Shown here: piece after piece, positions 1 to 11,069 of the stretch | How positions within the stretch are numbered: the first letter of the stretch is position 1 | Layout: each line of letters starts with the position of its first letter | Assembly (NCBI GenBank): GCA_030390025.1 | Contig: JASTWF010000080.1 | Coordinates: forward strand, 310,001-374,000 | Origin: Squalus acanthias | Lineage: Eukaryota | Reading direction: 5' to 3' | Length of the DNA: 64,000 nt | Position numbers and translations under genes: made by a program | Notes under the pieces: model-generated | Databases searched by the model: none | What the model was told of the DNA's origin: nothing | Seen by the model: the letters and a program-made list of their open reading frames with translations, nothing else

Positions 1-265
1 TAATATCGTTGCCTGGAATCGGTTTTACTGTCTTTCAATCAGAATCGTTGTTTGCAGGAATTGAACTGTGTGTCTGTCCTGAACTCTGTGCTTGTGCAGT
101 TGTGGTTTTGTTACCTTCCACTGGGTCAGGTGTACTTGGTCCGGGCTGTGACCCTCTCCCTAAAGGCTCTGTTTCGAGCTGTGGGTCGGATTCAGTCGGG
201 TCCAGTTCCACATTATTATCCATGGCTTCCGGGTGTTGGAGAGTGGGCTCGGTCTCCGGAAATGG
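1..265 (-). pseudogene. 5' part of a large exon, copy 1 (low-complexity acidic linker leading into a GVIN1/URGCP-like region; continues left of the window)
   Basis: Acceptor tttccccacag ends at 266. Reads PFPETEPTLQHPEAMDNN...SDSD-like then TGA (35-37; GCA in copy 2) then KTVKPIPGNDI. Near-identical to 1864-2128 at an offset of 1863. Confidence 0.5.
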
Positions 266-864
266 CTGTGGGGAAACTAATGAACACATTAAACCTGTAA
301 ACCACGACAATATTTGAGAAAAGTGTAACTCTGGCCATTAATAGGCCAGTAATGTAAACATTATTTTGTAAAACTTGGAATCCCACCAGTTTAATATCCC
401 TTCCCAGCATTCATATGGAATGCTGGCTGTGGGTTTCCTGCTTTATTTGTTTCTAAGGACAAGAGTAAGGAGCTTTATTTGTGAACACTATTAAAGTGCA
501 TGTTACACACCGAGCCTGTGACAACTCTGGTCATTACTGTGGGCCATTCCCGTCTTCCAGACTTGGGATGTTCCAGTTATTCTCCTGACCCGAGATCCCC
601 AACACACTATCTCCGAATACCCCCTCGGCGCCGATCCCAGACCTCTACGAACACCGACCCCCGACCTCAAAGCTCCCCGACTCTGATCTCCAACCCATTC
701 AGGGCCCAAGATCATGACCCCCAGGGTATAAGAATGGGAGATTCTCCACACGCACTGCACTCCCCTCAGTGCTACACTAGGACCAGTGAGGGGTAAAGGG
801 AGGGGTAAACTACCTAATACCAGGACCTCCAATCCCACCCAGATGTGTTTGTCCGTATGTTGGT

Positions 865-1795
865 GTGAGCTGTATTTCTGTGTGGATGTTTCTCTGTGTC
901 TGAGCTGTGTGTTTCTGTGTGTGTGTTTCTCTGTGTCTGAGCTGTGTGTTTCTGTGTGTGTGTTTCTCTGTGTCTGAGCTGTGTGTTTCTGTGTGTGAGT
1001 TTCTCTGTGTCTGAGCTGTGTGTATCTGTGTGACTGAGCTGTAATTTTCTGTGTGTGTGTTTCTGTGTCTAAGGTTTGTGTTTCTGTGTGTGTGTTTCTC
1101 TGTGTCTAAGCTGTGTGTTTCTGTGTGTGTTTGTCAGTGTCTGAGCTGTGTTTCTGTGTGTGTGTTTCTCAGTGTCTGAGCTTTGTGTTTGTGTGTGTTT
1201 CTCTCTGTGTCTGAGCTTTATTGTTTCTATGTGTTTTTTTCTCTGTTTCTGAGCTGTGTGTTTCTGCGTGTGTGTTTTTATGTCTCTAAGCTTTGGTTTC
1301 TGCATGTTTGGTTCCCTGTGTGTGAGCTGTGTGTTTCTATGTGAGTTTCTCTGTGTCTGAGCTGTGTGTTTCTGTGTGTGTGTTTCTCTCTTTCTGAGCT
1401 GTGTGTTTCTGTCTTGTGTTTCTGTGTGTGTGTGTCTCTGTGTCTGAGCTTTGTGTTTCTGTGATTGTGTTTCTCTCTGTCTGAGCTGTGTGTTTCTGTG
1501 TTTCTCTCTGTCTGGGCTTTGTGTTTGTGTGTGTGTGTTTCTCTCTGTCTGAGCTGTGTGTTTCTGTGTGTGTGTTTCTCTCTGTCTGAGCTTTGTGTTT
1601 CTGTGAGTGTGTTTCTCTCTGTCTGAGCTGTGTGTTTCTGTGTTTCTCTCTGTCTGGGCTTTGTGTTTCTGTGTGTGTGTTTCTCTCTGTCTGAGCTTTG
1701 TGTTTCTGTGTGTGTGTTTCTCTCTGTCTGAGCTGTGTGTTTCTGTGTGTGTGTTTCTCTCTCTGAGCTGTGTGTTTCTGTGTGTTTGTTTCTGT
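865..1795. repeat. TG/TC-rich compound microsatellite (unit about CTGAGCTGTGTGTTTCTGTGTGTGTGTTTCTCTGTGT)
   Basis: Direct inspection. It is the source of ORFs 786, 1069, 1337 and 1607. Confidence 0.95.
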
Positions 1796-2128
1796 GCTTA
1801 AGTTGAGCAGGTCGCTCAGGGACAACTTCATGCTTTCGAACCCCAATTCAGTTAATAGTTATGTAATATCGTTGCCTGGAATCAGTTTTACTGTCTTTGC
1901 ATCAGAAGCGTTGTTTGCAGGAATGGAACTGTGTGTCTGTCCTGAACTCTGTGCTTGTGTTGTTGTGGTTTTGTTACCTTCCACTTGGTCAGATGGACTT
2001 GGTCCGGGCTGTGACCCTCTCCCTAAAGGCTCTGTTTCGAGCTGTGGGTCGGATTCAGTCGGGTCCAGTTCCACATTATTATCCATGGCTTCCGGGTGAT
2101 GGAGAGTGAGTTCGGTCTCCGGAAATGG
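1790..2128 (-). pseudogene. Truncated duplicate exon start, GVIN1/URGCP (very large inducible GTPase)-like
   Basis: Same acceptor (2129-2131). Frame reads ...KLIPGNDIT*LLTELGFESMKLSLSDLLNLSTET, resembling the recalled 'LLxxLGL...KL(S/T)LxDxLxI' start of fish GVIN1/URGCP-like domains, then runs into the microsatellite. Only about 25 diagnostic residues. Confidence 0.45.
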
Positions 2129-2899
2129 CTGTGGGGAAACTAATGAACACATTAAACCTGTAAACCACACAATATTTCAGAAAAGTGTAAATCCGGACAT
2201 TAATAGGCCAGTAATGTAAACATTATTTTGTAGAACTTGGAACTCCACCAGTTTAATATCCCTTCCCAGCATTCATATGGAATGCTTGCTGTGGGTTTCC
2301 TGCTTTATATGTTTCTAAGGACAAGAGTAAGGAGCTTTATTTGTGAACACTATTAAAGTGCATGTTACACACCGAGTCTGTGACAACTCTGGTCTTCACT
2401 GTGGGCCATTCCCGTGATCCAGGCTTGGGATGTTCCTGTTATTCTCCTGGCCCCGAGTTCCCCAACACACTATCTCCGAATTCCCCTTCGGCCCGATCCC
2501 ATATATCTACGAACTCTGACCCCCGACCTCAAAGCTCCCCGACTCTGATCTCACACCCTTTCTGGGCCCAAGATCATGACCTCCAGGATCTAAGAATGGG
2601 AGATTCTCCACACCCACTACACTCCCCTCAGTGCTACACTAGGACCAGTGAGGGGTAAAGGGAGGGGTAAACTACCCAATACCAGGACCTCCAATCCCAC
2701 CCATATGAGTTTGTCTGTATGTTGGTGTGAGCTGTCTGTTGCTGTGTGTATTTTTGTCCGTGCTCGGTGTGTATTTTTGCTCATACATCCCAAAAACCTT
2801 TCCTTCACTTTAACAAACTGATGCCACCACAGCTCTTCCCTCAGCTCTCCTGTACCATTCCTCAACTGCCAGCCTTTTCCTCACTTACTCAATCTTATT

Positions 2900-3560
2900 A
2901 CAGGAGAAACTGACACACAATGCCCACCAGAGGCAGGGGAATCCCCAATCTGAAGCACCTCACCGCCTGCAAGGAACAGGCCATGGAGCTGATGGGGAGG
3001 AAATCTCCTCTTGCCATCGGAGACAGTGAGGACCGGGGCATATTGCTGATGCCAGGTCAGTGACGGAACACCAACATAATTGCCGTGCTATCCCTGTGAA
3101 GAACCACACAGACACAAGCTTCCACTCCCTGCTCACTGCAGATCTACCACACTAACAGGGGGCACAGGAGAGGGAAGATGTTTGATGAGGAGAGGGAGGA
3201 AGGAAGGCAGAACTCCTTCCTCGTGATTCTTTCAAAATTATGAGGTTGACAAAGGCGAGGAGGATGATGATGAAGAGGGTGAGGAAATCAGAATGAAGCC
3301 ACTCACGAGTTCCTGCAACAACCCTCTCGATCTCACCCCATGCATTTTGTTTTGTCCCCATCAGATGACAGCTCAGATACTTTCACCTGGGGGGAAACAG
3401 ATAGTGCTAGTGAGGATGTGGCACTGGGTGATTCGCAGAGCATGAGGGAGCTGGACGAGTGGGAACTGGATGAAGCTACATCACTGGCCTCAGAGGTCAA
3501 GGAGAAGGCTGCCCATGGCTTCAGTGTGTGGGACCCAGAACTCATGGGCACACCGAGTCA
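2900..3560 (+). mobile_element. Decayed Harbinger Myb/SANT gene remnant (exon 2/3-like)
   Basis: After acceptor ttacag (about 2902): EKLTHNA..RGRGIPNLKHLTACKEQAMELMG, comparable to exon 2 of the element at 30982-31142 (AHN...TGGG...LS..E). Confidence 0.4.
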
Positions 3561-3565
3561 CATAA

Positions 3566-5049
3566 GGAGACATTAGGACAGGTGACCAATAGCTTGGTCA
3601 AAGAGGTGAGTTTTAAGGAGCCTCTTAAGGAGGAGAGGGAGGTAGAGAGGCAGAGAGGTTTAGGGAGGGAATTCCAGACCTTGGGACCTAGACAGTCCGC
3701 CAATGGTGGGACAAAGGAAATGGGGATACACAAGAGGCCAGAGTTGGAGGAGCATAGAAATCTCAGGGGGATGTATGGCTGGAAGAGGCGACAGAGATAG
3801 GGTGGGGCAAGGCCATGGAGGGATTTGAAAACAAGAATGAGAAATTTACAATTGAGTTGTTGCTTTACCAGGAGTTAATGTAGGTCAGCGAGCACAGGGG
3901 TGATGGGTGAACAGGACTTGGTGTGAGTTAGGACATAGGCAGCAGAGTTTTGGATGAACTGAACTTTATGGAGGGTGGAAGATGGGAGGTTGACCAGGAG
4001 AGCATTGGAATAGTCGAGTCTAGAGGTAACAAAGACATGGATCAGGGTTTCAGCAACAGATGAGCTGAGGCAGGGGCAGAGACAGGCAATATTAAGGAGG
4101 TGGAAGTAGCCGGTCTTGGTGAATGAGAGGATATGGAGTCGGAAGCTCAGCTCAGGGTCAAATAGGGCACCGAGATTGCAAACAGTCTGTTCAGCCTCAG
4201 ACATTGACTTGGGTGGGGGTGGAAATCTGGGCTAGGGAACGGAGAATGATTGACCACAACATCCTTGGGGCCTGAATACAATGTCTTCTTAATGTTTCAT
4301 TGGATGAAATTTTGGCTCCTCCAGGACAGGATGTGGGACAAGCAGCGTGACAAATCAAAGGCAGTGGAGGGGTCGAGAGAGGTGGTGGGGAGGTACAGCT
4401 CGGTTTCATCAGTGTACGTGTGGAACCTGATCCCATGTTTTCAAATGATGTGACCGAGGGTCTCCATGTAGATGAGAAATAGGAGGGGGCGAGGATAGGT
4501 CCTTGGGGGACTCCAGAGGTAAGAGAAGCCATTGCAGAAGATTCTCTGGCTATGACTGGATAGATAGGAATTGAACCAGCCGAGTGCAGCTGGATGACAG
4601 AGGAGAGGAGTTGGCGGAGGATGGTGTGGTCAACTGTGTTGAAGGCTGTAGACAGATTGAGAATGATGAGGAGAGATAGTTTACCATGGTCACAGTCACA
4701 TAGGGTAGCATTTGTCACTTTGTTAGTAGCTGTTTCAGTGCTGTGGCAGGGGCGGAAACCAGAGGTTCAAATATGCAGTTACGGGAAAGATGGGCACGGA
4801 TTTGGGAGGCGACAGCACGTTCAAGAACTTTGGAGAGGAAAGGGAGGTTGGAGATGGGGCGGTAGTTTGCAAGGACAGAGGGGTCAAGGGTACGTTTTTT
4901 GAGGAAGAGGTGATGATAGCAGATTTGAAGGGGAGGGGGCAGTACCTGAGGAGAGGGAACCATGAACAATATCAGCTAGAATGGGGGCAGGAAGGGAAGA
5001 TGGGTGGTCAGTAGTTTAGTAGGAATAGAGTCGAGAGAGCAGGAGGTGC
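3566..5049 (-). mobile_element. L2 LINE, 3' part
   Basis: RT motifs NYRPISNLPFLSKVLE, LSTAFNTVDH, GVPQG, FVTSRLDYSN. Confidence 0.9.
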
Positions 5050-5291
5050 CTGGTTAATTAGATATTATAACATTTTAGATACAAAGTGCACAATTTTAGA
5101 TAACTCTGGTCCAAGGCTGAGAAACTGCAACTTGCTTCAATCTTTCCTTTAAATCTGATACCAGTGATGAGGTGGAGTGTAAAGTGAGTCGGGCGAGCCA
5201 GACCACAACCCTACACCGTTTAGGAAGGTGTGAGGAAACACAGTCTCTGGATAGAATGGGTGTGTGAACTTGAGCAGCCTGTAGCAAAACA

Positions 5292-5510
5292 AAAATGAGA
5301 AGTCGCACAACACCAGGTTATAGTCCAACAGATAAATTGTGAATTCTGGGAGATTCTCTCACTGCTAACTTACCTGAGGAAGGAGCGAACCGCTCCGAAA
5401 GCTTGTAAAATTAAATAAATCTGTTGGACTATAACCTGTTGTTGTGCGACTTCTCATTTTTGTCCACCCCAGTCCAACGCCGGCATCTCCACATCATGAC
5501 CTCTATTGAC
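5292..5510 (+). mobile_element. Short non-autonomous Penelope-like insertion with inverted arms and TSD
   Basis: GTAGCAAAACA direct repeats at 5281-5291 and 5511-5521. 45-bp inverted repeat 5289-5333/5419-5463 (44/45 match). Same tail as 28730-28770. Confidence 0.75.
5370..5408 (+). ncRNA. Minimal type I hammerhead ribozyme motif (Penelope-associated)
   Basis: TTAC-CTGAGGA-A-GGAGCG(AAC)CGCTCC-GAA-AGCT-T-GTAA: conserved core, stem II, palindromic stem III, and stem I TTAC/GTAA. Confidence 0.75.
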
Positions 5511-6184
5511 GTAGCAAAACAGACAGGGCTAATTAGCTTGGAAGTAGCAACCTTGAAAATGAGTTTTGTCCAGAGGATCTGTAGATTGTGTTCCTATGGA
5601 AAAAGAGGCTGCAGGATTTGATGGATCGCACTGTGAAAACTGCATTCTGTTCATTCATATATTCTGTGCAAAACTAGTTGGTTTGAAGCTGTAACCCAGC
5701 TCACTAGAGTGCCTTAGGTCCAACTGCCATAAAGACAGGACAATGGCAGAACACTCAATATTACAGTCGCCCATATACAAAGCAAGGTCACTCTTATAAT
5801 CCCTGGGTCATACCAGCATTGTCTAGATATTGGGCAGTAAAAGGAGCACTCAAGATCATAGAGAGATGTGAGGGCTGCTTACAGGAGTGACCTGAGGTGT
5901 TGAACCTGAGGGAATATCTGGTACAAAACCCCTAAATGTGTAACAATGCCCCACCAACCAGTGCCTTTAACCAGAGCCACAAAGCAAAATTCATCACAAT
6001 GAAGGACTGTGGTTATATTCTGTCTATTTAAAAAATCCTGAATAGTTTTTCTAAAACGTCATCCTCGCCAGCCCAGCTTGTATTGCCCAACCCTCGTTAC
6101 CCTTGTGAAGGTGATGGTGGGCCTTCTTTTTGATCCGCTGCAGTCCATGTAGCGATGGTACTCCCACAGTGCATGTTTAGTATT

Positions 6185-6495
6185 TCTCCAATACAGACTG
6201 TCTTCTTAACCCCTCTCCACTGCCCCCTCCACCCTCCCCTCCAACAATGAGTGCGAGGAGCTCATGGACATCTCTAGCACTCAGATTGAGAGCATCCGTT
6301 CAGCTGCCTCTGCCCCTTCCCTCCCTTCCCCATGCTCAGCCAGCCAAACTTCCCCTAAGGTTCCCCCCACTCTCTCCCTGAACTCGCACCTTTCTCCAGT
6401 TTCTCTCCTATTTCCCTCACATCCTCTCTGAGCTCATCTTGTCCATGAGGCCCACCTCCTGCTCCCTCGACCCCATTCCCACTAAACTGCTGACA
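6185..6495 (+). mobile_element. L2 LINE internal fragment
   Basis: MRPTSCSLDPIPTKLL motif. Confidence 0.75.
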
Positions 6496-6754
6496 AGGAG
6501 CTGGAGCAGCTCCGAGGGATTTCCTGGAGAAAGATTTCCAATGCTGACAGTTCCTACTCGGGTGATTGAGCTCAGCTCTAGCTCGGACTTCCTTTCAATT
6601 GTAGAGCGAGGAACCCGGGTCACAGAGTGAGGATCAGAACGGAACATTTACCCCAGAATGAAATTGGACATCACTCTGAACACCACCATTTCCAGAACTG
6701 TACAGATCGGGATCACAACAAACAATTCTCAGCTCCCAGCTGCACCAGACTAAA

Positions 6755-7145
6755 CAGGATGGGATCTTTTCTATAGAAAAGTGAAGGCTGAGGGTCTGAA
6801 GGCGTTTGATAGGATAGATGTAGAGAAGATGTTTCCACTTGAGGGAATCCAAAACTAGGGACCATAAATATAAGATAGTCACGAATAAATCCAATAAGGA
6901 ATTCAGCAGAAACTTCTTTACTCAGAGAGTGGTGAGAATATGAAATTCGCTACCACAGGGAGCACTTAAATAGCACAGATGCATTTAAGGGCAAGCTAGA
7001 TAAACACATGAGGGGGAAAGGAATAGAAAGATATGCTGATGTTTGGATGAAGTAAATAGAGTGGGAGGAGACTCTTGTGGAGCATTTAAAACTGGCATAG
7101 ACCTGATGGGCCAAATGGCCTGTTTCTGTGCTGCAGATTGTATGT
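6755..7145 (+). mobile_element. CR1 LINE 3' end
   Basis: CR1 ORF2 C-terminus (RNFFTQRVV-like) and 3' UTR. Confidence 0.8.
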
Positions 7146-7149
7146 AATG

Positions 7150-8205
7150 ATCTCTACAGATACAGCACTGTCAGTTTTAGTTCTGGTCTCTCTCTCTCTC
7201 TACAGATACAGCACTGTCAGTTTTAGTTCTGGTCTCTCTCTCTCTCTCTCTACAGATACAGCACTGTCAGTTTTAGGCCTGGTCTCTCTCTCTCTCTACA
7301 GATACAGCACTGTCAGTTTTAGGCCTGGTCTCTCTCTCTCTCTACAGATACAGCACTATCAGTTTTAGTTCTGGTTTCTCTCTCTACAGATACAGCCCTG
7401 TCAGTATTAGTTCTGGTCTCTCTCTCCACATATTCTGCTTCAACTGTATAAAACACTAGTTAGGCCTCAGCTAGAGTACTGGGTGCAGTTCTGGTCACCA
7501 CATTACAGGAAAGATGTGATTGCACTAGAGAGGGTATAGAAGAGATTTACAAGGATGTTGCCGGGAGTAGAGAATCTTAGCTATGAGGAAAGACGGGATA
7601 GGTTGGGTCTGTTTTCCTTGGAACAGAGGAGGCTGAGGGGAGACCTTATTGAGGTGCATAAAATTATGAGTGGCCTAGATAAAGTGGATAGAAATGATCT
7701 ATTTCCCTTAGCACAGGTGTCAAAAACCAGGGGGCACAGATTTAAAGTAATTGGTGGAAGGTTTAGAAAGGATTTGAGGGGAAATTTCTTCACCCAGAGG
7801 GTTGTGGGGGTCTGGAACTCACTGCCTGAAAGGGTGGTAGAGGCAGGAACCCGAACCACAATTAAAAAGTACTTCGATGTGCACTTGGGATGCTCGAACC
7901 TGCAGGGCTACGGACCAAGAGCTGGGAAGTGGGATTAGGCTGGATAGCTGTTTGTTGGCCGGCGCGGACTCGATGGGGCGAAATGGCCTCCCTCCGTGCT
8001 GTAACTTTCTATGATTCTATGAGATACAGCACTGTCAGTTTTAGTTCTGGTCTCTCTCTCTCTCTCTACAGATACAGCACTGTCAGTATTAGTTCTGGTC
8101 TCTCTCTCTCTCTCTACAGATACAGCTCTGTCAGTTTTAGGCCTGATCTGTCTCTCTACAGATACAGCACTGTCACTTTTAAACCTGGTCTCTCTCTCTC
8201 TCTGA
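7150..8205. repeat. Minisatellite of about 43 bp (CTACAGATACAGCACTGTCAGTTTTAG...(CT)n), split by a CR1 insertion
   Basis: Units at 7152-7430 and 8021-8200. Also present at 11070-11310. Confidence 0.9.
7435..8021 (+). mobile_element. CR1 LINE 3' end
   Basis: ORF 7555-7938 (LGLFSLEQRRLRGDLIEV...FFTQRVVGVWNSLP) with TTCTATGA tail repeats. Confidence 0.9.
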
Positions 8206-8380
8206 TTATCTGGTCATTAACACATTGCTGTTTGTGGGGGCTTGCTGTGCGCAAATTGGCTGCCATGTTTGCTCCATTACAAAAGGGACGACAATTCAGA
8301 ATTACTTCATTGGCTGTAATGCTGTTTGGCACATCCTGAGGTTGTGAAAGGTGCTCTATAAATGCAAATCTTTCTGCTTT
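8202..8380 (+). mobile_element. SINE 3' part (Deu-domain/SacSINE1-like)
   Basis: Matches the reverse complement of the tRNA-headed SINE at 46258-46672. Confidence 0.6.
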
Positions 8381-8387
8381 TCTCCAT

Positions 8388-9021
8388 CATCGACAGGATT
8401 TGCTGAAGACCAGGTCCCTCACCTTCCCCATCAAGAGACTGTACGGGAGATCGGAGCGGTCCTTCCCCATCGACAGACACTGTGGGAGACCAGGTCCCTC
8501 ACCTTCCCCATCGAGAAACTGTACGGGAGATCGGAGCGGTCCTTCCCCATCGACAGACACTGTGGGAGACCAGGTCCCTCACCTACCCATCGACAGACAC
8601 TGCGGGAGACCAGGTCCCTCACCTACCCATCGACAGACACTGCGGGAGACCAGGTCCCTTACCTTCCCCATCGACAGACACTGCGGGAGACCAGGTCCCT
8701 CACCTTCCCCATCGACAGACACTGCGGGAGACCAGGTCCCTCACCTTCTCCATCGACAGACACTACGGGAGACCAGGTCCCTCACCTACCCATCGACAGA
8801 CACTGCGGGAGACCAGGTCCCTCACCTTCCCCATCGACAGACACTGCGGGAGACCAGGTCCCTCACCTTCTCCATCATCGACAGACACTGCAGGAGACCA
8901 GGTCCCTCACCTTCCCCATCGACAGACACTGCGGGAGACCAGGTCCCTCACCTTCCCATCGACAGACACTGCGGGAGACCAGGTCCCTCAGCTTCCCCAT
9001 CGACAGACACTGCGGGAGACC
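8388..9021. repeat. Minisatellite, about 41 bp (CGACAGACACTGCGGGAGACCAGGTCCCTCACCTTCCCCAT)
   Basis: About 15 units. Source of ORFs 8351, 8400 and 8482. Confidence 0.95.
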
Positions 9022-9024
9022 CTT

Positions 9025-9540
9025 ACCAGTCACCACTGACCCAGTCCCATCAGTGACTCACCCCTCCGACCCTGTCCAGTCACCGCTGACCCTGTCCCAT
9101 CACTGACACACCCTGCCGACCCTGTCCAGTCACCGCTGACCCTGTCCCATCACTGGTGACCCTGTCCCATCACTGACACACCCTGCCGACCCTGTCCAGT
9201 CACCGCTGACCCTATCCCATCACTGGTGACCCTGTCCCATCAGTGACTCACCCCACCGACACTGTCCAGTCACCGCAGACCCTGTCCCATCAGTGACTCA
9301 CCCCACCATCCCTGTCCTTTCACTGCCCTCCCTTTCCCATCAGTGACTCACCCCACCATCCCTGTCCTTTCACCGCCCTCCCTGTCCCATCAGTGACACA
9401 CCCCACCATCCCTGTCCTTTCACTGCCCTCCCTTTCCCATCAGTGACACACCCCACCATCCCTGTCCTTTCACTGCCCTCCCTGTCCCATCACCACCAAC
9501 CCACTCACGTCACCGGCGACCCTGTCCCATCACCGACACA
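9025..9540. repeat. C-rich minisatellite (ACCCTGTCCCATCAC / CCCTGTCCAGTCACC units)
   Basis: Direct inspection. Related array at 11320-11740. Confidence 0.9.
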
Positions 9541-9942
9541 CCTCTACTCTCTGTTTTCTATCCATTAACCAATCCTCGATCCATGCTACTATTTTACCCC
9601 CAACCACATGAGCCCTTATTTTGTTAGTAGCCTTTTATGTGGCACCTAGTGTTGATCTTCACTCCTACTTTACCCTCCCAATAATTTATAAACACAATTC
9701 AGATAGTAGTCAGACACTATCTTAAATACACAAAATGTGGTGTGAAATAGTCAAATCTTCTGTTACTAAAGGAATGACATGATTGCTCGATCGATTATAT
9801 GTTGTACTGAAAGTCTACGTGACTGTCTGACAGAGAGGCTCGAGTCTGCGGAGCCTCCGATGCCAGAGGTTTGCTCTTTTTAGTGCGCTGAGTACGGGAC
9901 CCGAGGCTTCGCAAGGTCTGAACTACGATGGCGTGCCATTAC

Positions 9943-10086
9943 CTGGAGTCCTTGTGCTCCGGGATCCACTCCCGTGTCGAAGACGGCAATGAGAATCCCC
10001 TGCTGTCCTACTCTGGGTACCGGGAGAGGATAGACGCAGCGCCGGTCTCTTTCTTCTGTAAAAGAATCATCGAGATGAGCAGCCAC
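9943..10086 (-). pseudogene. TPP2: Unprocessed tripeptidyl-peptidase II exon 1 fragment
   Basis: (M>GTG)AAHLDDSF-[deletion][37 protein letters not shown] then donor GTAATG. Matches the recalled TPP2 N-terminus [38 protein letters not shown]. Has a TAG stop and a 1-nt deletion. Confidence 0.85.
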
Positions 10087-10636
10087 GCCTCGACTCAGAC
10101 TAACCTGCAGCTCGAGCTCCAGCTGGCGTTCTATTTGTGTCTGGTCCAGCGGGCTGGATAGAATGAGCTGGCGGGCCGGGTACAGCCCGTGGCCGTATTT
10201 TCCCACCACTGGACTAGAAGCTCCCCCGCTCTTTACTGAGGAACCTCCCAGAAACGGCAGGGAGCTGACTTCACTGGGTCTGCGCCAGAGTTACGCCGGG
10301 AGACTGGCGGTGCCCCGCGGAATTCACACAACACTTTTCACCCAATTGCACCAATAAACAACAATAGCATTTTATAATTCTCACTGCAATGAGATCAAGC
10401 CCAGGGCTCATTCTGAAAGTGTCGATAAAATTCCATCACTGACAATGTGAGACTAAAAACTCGCTGCAGGTTTAAAAAACATTCTAAGTAAAGAATCTTC
10501 CAGTCGATGCCATTGTGTGAATTCCGAGTCTTGCTGCCAATGGCCTTATTTAAATATTTGAAGTATTTAAGTCATCGAGCGTCTCTCTGCGAAGTTTGCA
10601 CAGATTGATGTAAACTGAACCCACAAACCGTGAGTA

Positions 10637-10773
10637 ACTCACCTTTCAGGTTGCAGTGACGGAGCAGAAACTGAGCTTTCGGGGTGAATATCTTGGTTGA
10701 TTTACAAGCTGCAAATGCTACAGGAAGTTTCTGTTTCCCCGAAATGGCTTCTATCTGGTTTAGTTTCAATTTC
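10637..10773 (-). promoter_or_regulatory. Composite interferon-responsive promoter (2 ISRE plus overlapping GAS) with candidate non-coding first exon
   Basis: AGTTTCTGTTTCC 10726-10738, TTTCCCCGAAA 10734-10744, AGTTTCAATTTC 10762-10773. Minus-strand donor AAG|GTGAGT at 10643/10642. Confidence 0.6.
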
Positions 10774-11069
10774 TAATCTCACTCCACCCATTTCCGAGGC
10801 TGGTGTTGCTGAAACCGCTGTAAACAGCAGAGGGGGTCCTAAACCGCACTGTGTTAAACTTGCTGATTTATTTTCCCAAACTTGAAAGGGGAGGTTATAG
10901 CACCGACACATTGAGACAGTGAATGGTAGATTGGATTTACCCGCCTCTGTTTTTGGTTCTGATAACCCTGCTACCTCAGAGACAATGACCCACCTCATGG
11001 CATTACGTGGGGCGGGAGTTCAAAGCTCGAAGCCTTGATGGAACAGATAGAATCCAACAGGCCAGGTCT

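Larger units (their letters stand above)
1..2735. repeat. Tandem duplication, period about 1.86 kb
   Basis: 1-875 matches 1864-2735 almost throughout. Confidence 0.95.

Noticed and set aside
404-427. Hairpin CCAGCATTC-ATATG-GAATGCTGG
   Set aside because: The 9-bp stem is broken in the duplicate copy (about 2266-2289), and nothing supports a function.
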